A stretch of DNA of 64,000 nt from Desulfoscipio geothermicus (GCA_016841205.1 JAENZP010000014.1:23003-87002), one strand, 5' to 3'; shown: positions 46,513 to 56,887, numbered from the stretch's first letter. A program made the numbers and translations. Notes: generated by a model not told the origin, from the letters alone.

Positions 46513-47298
46513 TTATTTACCTTGAAAATTAGGTTTGCGTTTTTCTATAAAGGCCGAAGTACCTTCAAAGCGATCCTCGGTGGAAAAGGCAATTGTCGAA
46601 GCGAATTTTTCTATTAACAGCCCCGAATTAATATCGGTGTTAGCACCCATGTTGATGGTTGCTTTAGCCAAACTGATTGCCATCGGACCTTTGGCCATTA
46701 TTTTTTGGGCCATTTCTTTGGCGGCCGGCAGCAAATCTTCAGTTCTCTCCACTACTTTATTTAACATGCCAACTTCTTTGGCTTCCTGAGCACTGATAAC
46801 ATCGCTGGTAAAAATCAATTCCTTGGCCTTGCCAATACCCACTAATCTTTGCAGTCTCTGAGTACCACCCGCCCCTGGTATAAGACCCAAGTTTACTTCC
46901 GGAAAACCTAGTTTGGAACGACTGGTGGCAATTCTAATATCACAGGCCAGAGCCAGTTCACATCCGCCACCCAGGGCAAAGCCGTCAATAGCAGCGATAA
47001 CAGGCTTATCCAGGTTTTCCACATCATTTAGCGATCCCTGTATTAAGACTTCAAATTCTAATACTTCTCGAGTATCGAAATCTTTTAGGATACGGATATC
47101 CGCACCGGATGCAAATGCTATACCACCTGCACCGGTGATAATAACCACTCGCACATCATTATCAAGACAGCAATCCCGTATAGCATAGCGTATCTCTTCC
47201 CACATGGGGGGGTTCAAGGCATTGCGCACTTCCGGACGGTTTAAGGTAATTACTGCAATATTACCGTCTCTTTCAAGCAATAAATTTTGATATTCCAT
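46513..47298 (-). CDS. Enoyl-CoA hydratase/isomerase (crotonase) family protein
   Basis: NRPEVRNAL, ITGAGG.AF.SGADI, and GGGCELALACD. Confidence 0.9.
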   Translation of the reverse strand: MEYQNLLLERDGNIAVITLNRPEVRNALNPPMWEEIRYAIRDCCLDNDVRVVIITGAGGIAFASGADIRILKDFDTREVLEFEVLIQGSLNDVENLDKPVIAAIDGFALGGGCELALACDIRIATSRSKLGFPEVNLGLIPGAGGTQRLQRLVGIGKAKELIFTSDVISAQEAKEVGMLNKVVERTEDLLPAAKEMAQKIMAKGPMAISLAKATINMGANTDINSGLLIEKFASTIAFSTEDRFEGTSAFIEKRKPNFQGK

Positions 47299-47705
47299 AT
47301 TGGTCCCTTCCTTCCTATTTAAATTTACAATATCAGTAAGTATATAAATATAATTTACAAAACTTCATTTTGCAAAAGACATCCGAAATGTTGGTGTTTT
47401 CAACGATAAATCCTTTTATTGCTTAATGCAATGAGAAGTCCAGACAATACTTCTCCATTAAATTTCAATTTTTCCCCATCGCATTCCTGCATTATCTTGG
47501 CTTAATTTTAAACAATAAAACCCCAGGCACAAAACCAGGGGCTGTTGTTTAAAATTTAACAAACATATCTTCACTGTTGATGAGTATTGTCTGGTATCTC
47601 AGGGTGATCATAGCTGTAAATTTTTGATAATCTATAATAACAAACAAAAAAACATCTTTAATATTGATTGAAAGATGGCGCATCTCTGGGTTTTAGTCCA
47701 GGAAT

Positions 47706-48305
47706 CTAATCAGGCTTAGTTAAGCCTTCCGCAATATAATCAATAATTTCGTCCATAATTTGTGGAAATAAACCTATACCCAACTCTTCCTTATGCAATC
47801 GAAGCAGCATAATGGCATGCAGGATTCCATTAATTACTTCGGGGTCCTGTTTTCTTAGCACCCCACACTGAATTAAAGCCTGTACAAAAGGTATTCCCTT
47901 TTTTACATTATCTTGTGAGTAATCCTTGATAAGATGCTTGGGTAATTTGCGTATTATCCGTTCACGTTCACCATTTTGAAACCACTGTTGCAAAAGAGGG
48001 TTTTCATCGGCCAAATCAAAAGCAAGGTGAAAGAAAGAAGAAATAAACTTCTTGGGAGGGAGATTCTCCTTAAGATGTTCGCCGATTAACCGGTTTGTGA
48101 TCTCTTCCTGTTTATTTAATATAACGTAAAAAAGTTCCTCTTTTGAACTAAAGAACTTATAAAAAGAACCTTTAGCAATACCACATGCTTGCACTAAATC
48201 ATCAATGCTGGTTTTGGCCAGGCCATATTGAGTAAAAAGTTCTTTGCCTTTTTCCAATAGGCATTGATATATTTGTTCCTTTTCGCTTTCGGTAAACTTA
48301 GCCAT
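47706..48305 (-). CDS. TetR/AcrR-family transcriptional regulator
   Basis: N-terminal HTH GLAKTSIDDLVQACGIAKGSFYKFF. Confidence 0.85.
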   Translation of the reverse strand: MAKFTESEKEQIYQCLLEKGKELFTQYGLAKTSIDDLVQACGIAKGSFYKFFSSKEELFYVILNKQEEITNRLIGEHLKENLPPKKFISSFFHLAFDLADENPLLQQWFQNGERERIIRKLPKHLIKDYSQDNVKKGIPFVQALIQCGVLRKQDPEVINGILHAIMLLRLHKEELGIGLFPQIMDEIIDYIAEGLTKPD

Positions 48306-48338
48306 ACCTAAACTCCTTTAAAATTTGATGACTACTCA

Positions 48339-48367
48339 TTGACATTTAGTCACCAGGTCTTTATAAT
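48339..48367 (+). promoter_or_regulatory. Consensus sigma-A promoter (TTGACA-17 nt-TATAAT) bracketed by TGACTA/TAGTCA inverted repeat
   Basis: TTGACA at 48339-44 and TATAAT at 48362-67. Inverted repeat at 48329-34 / 48347-52, a candidate TetR operator. Confidence 0.6.
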
Positions 48368-48648
48368 AATTATATCAGTCAGATTTATAAATGTAAACTT
48401 TAGGCTGTTTTTAGGGCAGCCTTTTCTTCAGGGTTGTTGGTGACTGAGGATACTATTATAGTCACTTTGTTTGTTTTAGCTTTAAGAGCAAAGTGTTTAC
48501 TACACGGTTTGTAGCTTTTTAATGAAAGGAGTTAATTACCTATGGAACATCTAAATTAACTAATTAAATATTTTTGATGCCAGTAGTAAAATAGCTTATT
48601 TAGCAAAATAAACCAAGTAAAAAATAATATAAAAGGAATGATAAAATT

Positions 48649-49440
48649 ATGCCTTTTGCCAATATTAATGGTATTAACCTTCATTATGAAATTCGTGGCA
48701 CAGGACCACGCACCCTCTTTATCCACGGCATAGGTGCCGACTTAAAGAACCCAATAGGTATCTTCAACTCTCCATTCCCGCAGTATTTTACCGTGCTTGC
48801 TTTTGATCCCCGCGGGCTCGGAGAATCAGACAGCCCAACCGTTTCCTGCAGTATTGCCAACCTTGCCGATGACGCCGCTGGTTTGGCGGAAGCAGCTGGC
48901 TGGGACCGCTGCCATGTACTTGGCGTCTCAATGGGCGGGATGGTAGCTCAAGAACTGGCTTTACGTCATCCCTTGCTAGTGGATCGGCTTGTTCTGGCTG
49001 TTACCAATGGTGGCGGTTCAAATTCAGGCCCTCGAGTTATAGATAAAATGTTCGATTTGCCTACTTCAGAAAAGCTTAAATTGTCAGATCTCAGGAAAGA
49101 CGAAGCATGGGCAGCCGCAAACCCGGAAATGGTTAGAAGTTTTGAGGAACAGTTAAAGGCCACCAAAGAAGCATTGTATGCAAACCCGTCACTTATCCGG
49201 GGATATAACAACCAGGTGAATGCAGTATTAAAGCACGATACTTTTGGCCGCCTGCCACAGATTAAGGTTCCTACCCTCGTTTTCGGCGGTCGTTACGATG
49301 GCAGTTGCCCACCGGACATAACACGGGCTTTGGCCGGCCAAATTCCGAACGTACGCTACGAACTCCTTGAATCCGGGCACGGTGATTGGTACTTTGACCC
49401 GGCTGCCTGGAATATGATTATTGATTTCCTCCGTGATTAA
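48649..49440 (+). CDS. Alpha/beta-fold hydrolase
   Basis: GVSMGG nucleophile elbow and a C-terminal His (SGHGD). Confidence 0.85.
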   Translation: MPFANINGINLHYEIRGTGPRTLFIHGIGADLKNPIGIFNSPFPQYFTVLAFDPRGLGESDSPTVSCSIANLADDAAGLAEAAGWDRCHVLGVSMGGMVAQELALRHPLLVDRLVLAVTNGGGSNSGPRVIDKMFDLPTSEKLKLSDLRKDEAWAAANPEMVRSFEEQLKATKEALYANPSLIRGYNNQVNAVLKHDTFGRLPQIKVPTLVFGGRYDGSCPPDITRALAGQIPNVRYELLESGHGDWYFDPAAWNMIIDFLRD

Positions 49441-49541
49441 GTGGTGTATAACAAGTAATATCTTTAATAAAAAAACCATAGGCCGGGAACATTTTCACTT
49501 TCATCTTAGTCTATAATCACTAACATTATAAATACAAAAAA

Positions 49542-50630
49542 ATGAAGGTGAAAGCATTGAAAAAGTTCCTGCTTGTTTTAATGGTTATCTTATTGTTTAC
49601 TTCCGGATGTGCTATAAAGAACCCCAACAATACAAGTAGCCCACCAAAAGCCAGTACTCCGCTTAATAAGGCACATACTGCCGAGATAACTGAAATGAAT
49701 ACACTAAAATACTTCGTTCCCAGTACAGTCACGCCGGATGGTTCGCTATTTGGTATGGCCGGCAACAACTTAACCCTCTGGAATCCCAAAACCGGTGAAA
49801 TTAAAGCCATGGGCAGCGCCTGGTCCGGGATGCTTTCTCCGGATGCCACTAAGCTTGCGTATACCAATGAGCAAGGATTACATATTCTTGACGTGGACAC
49901 CGGCTTAGTTACTTCCGTGGTTCAAAACCCGTCCCAGGGTAACTCATCCCTGGCCCTCGGGTTGTGGTCCCCGAATTCTGGTAAATTTATGTATATGTTC
50001 GTGTGGGAATGGTCATCAGATTACTTTATTTATAACGTAGAGAGCGGGGAAAAGACCGCATATGAGTTTCATGATATCCCCAAATTCCTTTCTAGTCCTG
50101 TTGACTGGCTTGATAGTGGCCTACTTTTTATTGTACACGCCAATAAATCTAAATCAGGTGAACAAGAGTACAGGGAAAACGGTTACCGCTCGGATCTGAT
50201 GCTGGCAGATATGGATGGTAATATTACACCGGTAACCAGTTTGGATGACGGCCAATTTATTTTATATGGTGGTACAACCAGTAATAACCGTAACATATTA
50301 ATGTCGGTATGGGGAGGGGGATCTAAAACTTCAGTCGGGCTGCTCAAAATTGGCGAAGAAAAAATAGATCCCCTGCCTGTACAAGAAAACACTGTTGAAA
50401 GCAGTATCAGCCCGGATGGCAAATTCGCCATGCTAATAACCTCTGCCAAAGACGGCCGATTGAGCGCCCAGGTATTTGATCTGGTGAGCAGGACCGTTAT
50501 TTGTAAAAAGGAACTTACCGGTTACGGACCCCCAGGTTATTTTATGTGGAGCAAAGACGGGCGCGCCGTTTATTTTGGACAACTGGATGACAATGATAAC
50601 GGTATACTTTACACAGTAAATATAAATTAG
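49542..50630 (+). CDS. Lipoprotein with TolB/PD40-like beta-propeller repeats
   Basis: Signal peptide plus lipobox LFTSGC. Repeated SPD(A/G)..(L/F)A(Y/M) motifs. Confidence 0.7.
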   Translation: MKVKALKKFLLVLMVILLFTSGCAIKNPNNTSSPPKASTPLNKAHTAEITEMNTLKYFVPSTVTPDGSLFGMAGNNLTLWNPKTGEIKAMGSAWSGMLSPDATKLAYTNEQGLHILDVDTGLVTSVVQNPSQGNSSLALGLWSPNSGKFMYMFVWEWSSDYFIYNVESGEKTAYEFHDIPKFLSSPVDWLDSGLLFIVHANKSKSGEQEYRENGYRSDLMLADMDGNITPVTSLDDGQFILYGGTTSNNRNILMSVWGGGSKTSVGLLKIGEEKIDPLPVQENTVESSISPDGKFAMLITSAKDGRLSAQVFDLVSRTVICKKELTGYGPPGYFMWSKDGRAVYFGQLDDNDNGILYTVNIN

Positions 50631-50713
50631 GCTTTTGATATCAATCGCACAGCAAGACGCTAAGTATATCCACACAGCCATACAATGACAGTAATTTTTC
50701 TTTGTTATACATT

Positions 50714-50740
50714 AACCCCCTGACGCATAACCAGGGGGTT
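50714..50740 (+). terminator. Hairpin terminator (possibly bidirectional) between the lipoprotein gene and the 5S-like gene
   Basis: 9-bp stem AACCCCCTG / CAGGGGGTT. Followed by only a weak T-run on the + strand. Confidence 0.5.
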
Positions 50741-50754
50741 ATTAAAATTTAATT

Positions 50755-50866
50755 CCGGCAACAACATGGTATCCAAGGAAACGAGCCCAAATACCATCAA
50801 ATTGAAGCGCTTAGCTTCCTTGTTCGGGATGGGGTGGGGTGTATCCTCTTCATTATGGTCACCGGA
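50755..50866 (-). rRNA. Orphan 5S rRNA-like gene with atypical 3' third
   Basis: CCGGUGACCAUAAUGAAGAGGAUACACCCCACCCCAUCCCGAACAAGGAAGCUAAGCGCUUCA...GAUGGUA is collinear with bacterial 5S. Helix I closes with GUUGCCGG. The loop-E GAGAGUAGG segment is absent. Confidence 0.6.
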
Positions 50867-51080
50867 AAAACTTATTATTTATTTCAATTTATAATGTTAT
50901 CATTGAGAGGACTGTAGTGCAACAGGTAATTGTGCCTGATAAGTCTTAACAGTATACTTAGGCAGCTGCAGCAACCGGTGACCATGTTTCATAATTTAGT
51001 CTGATGTTATAAGCAGCAGTTATAAAGGCAACTTTGACTTTAACCAGGCCTCCATGTCCTTGCATGGTGTGTATGGGCTA

Positions 51081-51488
51081 TCATTTGTTTTCCTGAAACA
51101 CCAGTCCTTGTGCTACAGCAATCAGTTTCCCCTGATCATCCTCTATGGTTATTCTATAATTTGCTGTGCGCCTGCCGGAATGGATCTCTTCAGCGGTGGC
51201 CACCAGCACATCACCAGGCTTACTTGGTTTAATGAAATTTATGTTAACACTCACAGCCACCGACGCTTGCCCCCGGGCATTACTAGCGATGCCCAAGGCC
51301 ACATCAGCCAATGTAAAAACTATACCTCCGTGCGTAATACGAAGTATATTGGTCATGTGCTCCTGCACCTTCAAAGATACCTTGGCGAAACCCGGTGAAA
51401 GCTTGATAATATCAATTCCCAGGTGTCTGGGAAAAGGATCGTCCAATATTTTTACCGCAATCTCATCATTGACATTAATATCCTGCAT
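51081..51488 (-). CDS. PaaI-family hotdog-fold thioesterase
   Basis: THGGIVFTLADVALG motif. Confidence 0.8.
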   Translation of the reverse strand: MQDINVNDEIAVKILDDPFPRHLGIDIIKLSPGFAKVSLKVQEHMTNILRITHGGIVFTLADVALGIASNARGQASVAVSVNINFIKPSKPGDVLVATAEEIHSGRRTANYRITIEDDQGKLIAVAQGLVFQENK

Positions 51489-51777
51489 TGATGCTCCTCC
51501 TTGACTTTGTTTAACTTATTGCTATATTTTACACTTTATACTGGCAAATTACTATAAATTGTAACTGAAATAATATTTTGTGACATAACATTTATATGCT
51601 TTTACATTTAAATATTCTTATAAAATGTTAAATCATGTCTTTAAAAACATAATAATATAATTTAATATTATAATTGACATTCATACCTTTTAGCTTGACG
51701 GGAAAACTTGCTTTAAGCAAAATATTATTTTTCAGTATGTACCGTTTCTTATTGTTCAATGAAAGGGGTTTTCATTT

Positions 51778-52863
51778 ATGACCATCAAAATAGGTATTAA
51801 CGGTTTTGGTCGCATCGGACGCAATCTATTCCGGGCAGCGCTCGACAATCCCGAAGTAGATGTAGTGGCGGTTAATGATTTAACAGACGCTAAAACATTG
51901 GCACACCTACTTAAATATGATTCCGTCCACGGTGTCCTAAACGCCGACGTGAGAGTTGCTCAAGATGGCTTTACTGTAAATGGCAAAAATGTAAAAGTTC
52001 TGGCTGAAAAGGATCCCGGAGCATTACCCTGGGGTGAATTAAACGTTGACATAGTAATTGAATCCACCGGGCGTTTTACTAATGGCGAAGATGCGGCCAG
52101 TCACCTGCGGGCCGGCGCTCGAAAAGTAATTATCAGCGCTCCGGGAAAAAATGTGGATGCTACCATAGTAATGGGGGTAAACCATGACGCTTATGACCCC
52201 GTAAAGCATAATATTGTCTCCAATGCATCTTGCACCACTAATTGTCTGGCTCCCGTTGTTAAAGTGCTGCACCAGCACTTTAAAATTAAAAACGGCATGA
52301 TGACCACAGTACACTCCTATACCAATGATCAGCAAATATTGGACCTACCGCACAAGGATTTACGTCGGGCCCGGGCAGCCGGGGTATCCATAATACCCAC
52401 CACTACTGGTGCCGCCAAAGCCGTTGGACTGGTTATCCCCGATCTAAAGGGCAAACTAAACGGTTTGGCCATGCGGGTGCCTACCCCTAACGTTTCTGTA
52501 GTGGACTTTGTCGCAGTGCTGGAGCGAACCGCAACAGTGGATGAAGTTAACGCTGCGCTGCGCCAGGCTGCCGATGGTGAGCTAAAAGGGATCATGGCCT
52601 ATAGTGACGCGCCATTGGTATCTAAAGATTATTACGGGGACGCCCACTCTTCAATCGTAGACGCCCTTTCCACCATGGTGATGGATGGCGGTCTGGTTAA
52701 AGTAATTGCGTGGTACGATAATGAGTGGGGTTATTCCTGCCGAGTACTTGATTTAGCGCTATATATGGCCAAGCGGAAGTCGGGCAATGTGCCTAAGATA
52801 ACCTGGACCGGGATAAGCCGTGACAACATGTATCATAGTGTTTCCGCCGCTTATACGGAGTAA
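51778..52863 (+). CDS. gap: Glyceraldehyde-3-phosphate dehydrogenase (type I)
   Basis: INGFGRIGR and [12 protein letters not shown] active site. About 25 extra C-terminal residues. Confidence 0.95.
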   Translation: MTIKIGINGFGRIGRNLFRAALDNPEVDVVAVNDLTDAKTLAHLLKYDSVHGVLNADVRVAQDGFTVNGKNVKVLAEKDPGALPWGELNVDIVIESTGRFTNGEDAASHLRAGARKVIISAPGKNVDATIVMGVNHDAYDPVKHNIVSNASCTTNCLAPVVKVLHQHFKIKNGMMTTVHSYTNDQQILDLPHKDLRRARAAGVSIIPTTTGAAKAVGLVIPDLKGKLNGLAMRVPTPNVSVVDFVAVLERTATVDEVNAALRQAADGELKGIMAYSDAPLVSKDYYGDAHSSIVDALSTMVMDGGLVKVIAWYDNEWGYSCRVLDLALYMAKRKSGNVPKITWTGISRDNMYHSVSAAYTE

Positions 52864-52896
52864 ACCAGCCCCCGAGAACGCATATGCTTATATTAA

Positions 52897-52928
52897 AAAT
52901 CGCGGTTTTATTTCCGCGATTTTTTTAA
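52897..52928 (+). terminator. Rho-independent terminator after gap
   Basis: Stem AATCGCGG / CCGCGATT followed by T6. Confidence 0.8.
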
Positions 52929-53049
52929 TAGTTCGAACACAAACTGATCAATTAATTTTTCAGCAAAGTTACCTTGTTAATTACACCTACCTTAAGTCCT
53001 TTTGGTTTTATGCAATATGTGATAAAATTTTGGTAAACTACAAGGGCAT

Positions 53050-54075
53050 ATGGATATGGTGGACATTATGCATACCAATAACAGCAGGTACAATATATAT
53101 TCCAGGCACTTAATCAATAAATTCGGGCAAAAGGTCTATAAACTACCGGTCAATTTACCCGGCAGTTGTCCCAACCGGGATGGCACCCTGGGCTATGGCG
53201 GGTGTATTTTCTGTGATGAACAAGGCTCCGGCTTTGACGCATTATCCAATACTCTGTCAGTAACAGAACAGCTCAGGCAAAATAAAGAGTACTTCCGCCA
53301 GAGGTTTAACGCCAATAAATATATTGCCTATTTCCAGGCGTTCACCAACACCTACTTGCCTCCCTCACAATTTTCTGCCAACATCAACTGCGCGGCGGCG
53401 GAAGAAAACATAGTGGGTATATCTGTATCCACCAGGCCAGATTGTATCAGCGAGAAATACCTGGATATATTATCCAAAGCCCAAGCCGAAAAAAATATAG
53501 ATATTAATATAGAGCTCGGATTGCAAACCGTTAACTACAATACACTCCGAAAAATAAACCGGGGCCATACCCTGGCGGAATTTATTGACGCAGTGCTGCG
53601 TATTCACCGCCGGAAATTTGAAATATGTACTCACTTAATATTAAATTTACCGTGGGATAATATGCATGATGTAATCGAGAATGCCAAACTTATATCTGCT
53701 CTGGGTATCCGTTATGTTAAACTACACTCACTATACATTGTCCGGGGTACTGAACTGGGAAACATGTATGAACGCGGTGAGTTGGATTTAATAACACTGG
53801 AACAATACGTTAGACGTGTGATTACCTTTCTGGAATACCTGGACCCGAATATTGTCATTCAGCGTCTAGTAGGCAAAGGTCCTCAAAACGAAGTGCTCTT
53901 CTGTAATTGGGATACTAGTTGGTGGAAAATAAAACAACAACTTGAGCGACTGCTGGAAATAGAGGATACCTGGCAAGGTAAAAAGTATAATTATTTAAAT
54001 GGCAAAGCTTTAAGCCGGGTCTGGCATACCGGCGCAAATCAGCCCAACTGCCACCCGGCTAGAAAAAATATTTGA
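53050..54075 (+). CDS. Radical SAM protein, TIGR01212 (YtqA/YhcC) type
   Basis: CPNRDGTLGYGGCIFC cluster motif. The start may be the ATG at 53068. Confidence 0.8.
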   Translation: MDMVDIMHTNNSRYNIYSRHLINKFGQKVYKLPVNLPGSCPNRDGTLGYGGCIFCDEQGSGFDALSNTLSVTEQLRQNKEYFRQRFNANKYIAYFQAFTNTYLPPSQFSANINCAAAEENIVGISVSTRPDCISEKYLDILSKAQAEKNIDINIELGLQTVNYNTLRKINRGHTLAEFIDAVLRIHRRKFEICTHLILNLPWDNMHDVIENAKLISALGIRYVKLHSLYIVRGTELGNMYERGELDLITLEQYVRRVITFLEYLDPNIVIQRLVGKGPQNEVLFCNWDTSWWKIKQQLERLLEIEDTWQGKKYNYLNGKALSRVWHTGANQPNCHPARKNI

Positions 54076-54114
54076 AACATTAAACAATTTGGAAATCAAG
54101 ACACATAACTTTCT

Positions 54115-54408
54115 TTATTTAAACACAATTTCCTCATCTTCTAGAAGAATTTTAACTATTTCCTTTACTTTATCATTGGCTACTTTGTAAATAACTTCGG
54201 TACCATGGCGCACCCCATCCACAATGCCCTGGTTGCGCAATATAGCCAGTTGCTGTGATACCGTAGATTGCGGCAGGTTCAAACATTCTTTCATTTTGTT
54301 AACGTTACAGCTATCACTCATTAACCCGGCGACAATACACAGGCGGGTGGGATGAGCAAGCGCTTTTAATACCCTGGCGGGTTCCTCGTATTTAGAGTAT
54401 TCTTTCAA
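54115..54408 (-). CDS. ArsR/SmtB-family transcriptional regulator
   Basis: LAHPTRLCIV...LPQSTVSQQLAILRNQGIV. Confidence 0.85.
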   Translation of the reverse strand: MKEYSKYEEPARVLKALAHPTRLCIVAGLMSDSCNVNKMKECLNLPQSTVSQQLAILRNQGIVDGVRHGTEVIYKVANDKVKEIVKILLEDEEIVFK

Positions 54409-54480
54409 TTTATATATCCTCCAAAGTACTTATTATAAAATACTATATTATAATATTATGTTTGGCACAATACTAATTTA

Positions 54481-56007
54481 TTATTTTATAAGTCTTTTCC
54501 TTATCGCAACAGTTTCTTCAATATTAAACAACATCAAGACCAGCACATAAGCAATTCCCGCAGTACCAATCGCAAGTGCCATACCAAGTAGCTGCCCTAA
54601 AAGGGATATATTTGCATTAAACAGACCAACAGCCCCGCCTACCCACCACAATAAGCCGGAAAAGATTAGTGTAGCAGCAATGATTTTTAACTGATCGACA
54701 CCCTGCTGCCTCCAATCAAAACCCGGTAAACGGCGGTATAAAAAAACCAGGAAAAGCACAGCAGTAACCCAAAATCCTATGGTATTGCCCAAAGCCAGGC
54801 CGGCATGACCCATCCGGCCAACAAGCAGGTAGTCTAACAATATATTTACAATAAGCCCGGCAAGCCCCACCCAAAAGGGCAACAAGGCGTCACGCAAGCT
54901 TAAATATGTATAAGTCAGCACGGAGATTGCCGACATGGCGGCTACAGATAAAGCGTAAAAACTTAATGCCGTTGCAGTTACAGCGGTAGCAGTCACATCA
55001 AAGGCACCCCGTTCAAAAAGCAGCCTTACAACCGGGACTGTCAACACCAGCATCAATGCCGTACAAGGGTATGTCACCAGGGCTACCAGACGCAGACCCA
55101 TGGCAGTTCTATCGCATAGCAATTGCAGATCTTGGCGTTTGGCAGCCGCTGCTAAAGCCGGAAACAATACCGAAGATATTACAGCGACAAATAAACCATA
55201 AGGCAGTTCACGTACCCGGTTGGCAAAGCTAAGGGCAGCAATGCTCCCTTCGACTAGCTGAGAGCCAAACCAGCGATCCAAAAACACGAATCCCCGGCTG
55301 GTTAGAGCAGTTAGCATCACCGTTACAGACATTAGCAATACCCTGCTCACATCGGGGTCACTAATATTCAGCAGCGGACGACGGGGAATACCAAACCGCC
55401 CCATCGCCGACAGGTTGTACAGGTAAAATACCAGCGCCCCGGCCAAAGTGCACCAGGCCAGGCCAGGCCCCATAAACTTGCCAAAGGGGATAATCAGGGC
55501 GATAAAAATTATATTCTGTAGCACCGGTGCCATGGCCGGAACGGTAAATTCCCGGTGGGCATTAAGCACAGACTTGGCTAAAAAACCCATAGTGAGCAAA
55601 ATAGTTGAAGGGAGCATTACCCGGGTGCATAACAAAGCTATTCGCCTGGACTCGCCGGTAAAGCCGGGAGCGAGCAAATCCAGCACCTGCGGAGTAAAAA
55701 CCATCCCAAGTACCGTCAACATCGTTACCAGGGCACCAACAACATATGACACTGTAGAAGCCAGGTAAGCACGATTGGCATCTTGCAAACGTCCTGTGTA
55801 CAGAGGCAGCAGGGCATTACCCGCCGAAACGCCAATAATAGTAGAGAAGGTAAAAGGAATCGTCGCTGCTACCACAAAGGCATCGGACTGCAGCGTTGTA
55901 CCTAGAAGAGCGGCAATCACCTGCTCCCGTACAAAGCCCAACACCTTACTGGCCACAAACAGAACCAGCAAAATTGAGGAAGCGTGAAAAATATTATGCC
56001 TTGACAT
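54481..56007 (-). CDS. murJ: Lipid II flippase MurJ (MviN)
   Basis: 14-TM MOP-family pattern and an N-terminal KVLGFVREQVIAALLG. GGAGGC SD before the ATG at 56007. Confidence 0.85.
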   Translation of the reverse strand: MSRHNIFHASSILLVLFVASKVLGFVREQVIAALLGTTLQSDAFVVAATIPFTFSTIIGVSAGNALLPLYTGRLQDANRAYLASTVSYVVGALVTMLTVLGMVFTPQVLDLLAPGFTGESRRIALLCTRVMLPSTILLTMGFLAKSVLNAHREFTVPAMAPVLQNIIFIALIIPFGKFMGPGLAWCTLAGALVFYLYNLSAMGRFGIPRRPLLNISDPDVSRVLLMSVTVMLTALTSRGFVFLDRWFGSQLVEGSIAALSFANRVRELPYGLFVAVISSVLFPALAAAAKRQDLQLLCDRTAMGLRLVALVTYPCTALMLVLTVPVVRLLFERGAFDVTATAVTATALSFYALSVAAMSAISVLTYTYLSLRDALLPFWVGLAGLIVNILLDYLLVGRMGHAGLALGNTIGFWVTAVLFLVFLYRRLPGFDWRQQGVDQLKIIAATLIFSGLLWWVGGAVGLFNANISLLGQLLGMALAIGTAGIAYVLVLMLFNIEETVAIRKRLIK

Positions 56008-56106
56008 GCTCCAATGCCTCCATAAATATACTAAACGTAGAGTCACGATTTAGTCTTTACAACAATTACTATATTAGCACATTTTAGCTTAAGGGGGGAG
56101 ATTACC

Positions 56107-56844
56107 ATTTTTCCACAAACTCATGTCTTTTTTGCCGAAATGGTGCTGGGGCATACCTCTGACGCTATCACCATGGGCAGTCTATTCCCCGATTTGATTA
56201 TCAGTACCAAGGTGGAACATGCTATAGCCCACAGCCTGGGCTCGGAATTGCTGCATGTGGTGCAAGAAAACCATGTCCTGGCTGATTTTGCCCGTGCTAT
56301 TATCACCCACGGTATAACCCCGCAAGGTCTTGATTATTTTGGCGATGAAAAATACCAGGACTGCGAGCGCGGTTACTGCTTTGCTAAAGGCCGCCCGCTG
56401 GTAGAGCAAACCATCGAAGCTTGCCATATACCCCCCGAGCTGGGCTGGTGGAAAGCCCACAATATTGTGGAAATGGGCATAGAATTACTCATTAGCAACC
56501 GCGGTGATTATGGAGGTTTTATTCGCCAGGCCTTTAATAACCATGAACTAATTAATCAAATTATCGACCTGCTACCAAAGCAAACCAACTGCTTAGAACA
56601 AGGACTTAAAAAAAGAATTACCGGTTTTGGAGGTGTAATTGAGGTTTATCAAGCCACTGCCGAATCGCTGGCCGACAAGTACCGATTGCAAATGTACTAC
56701 CGGCATGGTTTTAATATTAATACAACCAAGGTAGCCCGGCTGATTGAAACGGCGGCCGAACGGGTTGAAGATGACCTGGCGGACTTTTTTCGTTATTCTT
56801 ATGCCAACGTACTTCAAGAACTCAACAAAATAGCTGGCTATTGA
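56107..56844 (+). CDS. Hypothetical metal-dependent-hydrolase-like protein; probable non-ATG (ATT) start upstream of the track ATG
   Basis: The frame is open upstream of 56140 and encodes FPQTHVFFAE-MVLGH.... An AAGGGGGGAG SD at 56091-56100 sits 6 nt before the ATT at 56107. There is no SD before 56140. Confidence 0.4.
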   Translation: MFPQTHVFFAEMVLGHTSDAITMGSLFPDLIISTKVEHAIAHSLGSELLHVVQENHVLADFARAIITHGITPQGLDYFGDEKYQDCERGYCFAKGRPLVEQTIEACHIPPELGWWKAHNIVEMGIELLISNRGDYGGFIRQAFNNHELINQIIDLLPKQTNCLEQGLKKRITGFGGVIEVYQATAESLADKYRLQMYYRHGFNINTTKVARLIETAAERVEDDLADFFRYSYANVLQELNKIAGY

Positions 56845-56858
56845 TAACAAATTGGTCA

Positions 56859-56887
56859 ACCCGGCGTACAAAAGCCGGGTTTTTTAT
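56859..56887 (+). terminator. Rho-independent terminator
   Basis: Stem ACCCGGC / GCCGGGT followed by T5. Confidence 0.8.

Noticed and set aside
52789-52863. A ~25-residue C-terminal extension on GAPDH (…[30 protein letters not shown]) beyond the usual end of the protein.
   Set aside because: It could be genuine, a lineage feature, or a sequencing frameshift near the 3' end. This cannot be evaluated without homolog alignment, and there is no further signal.
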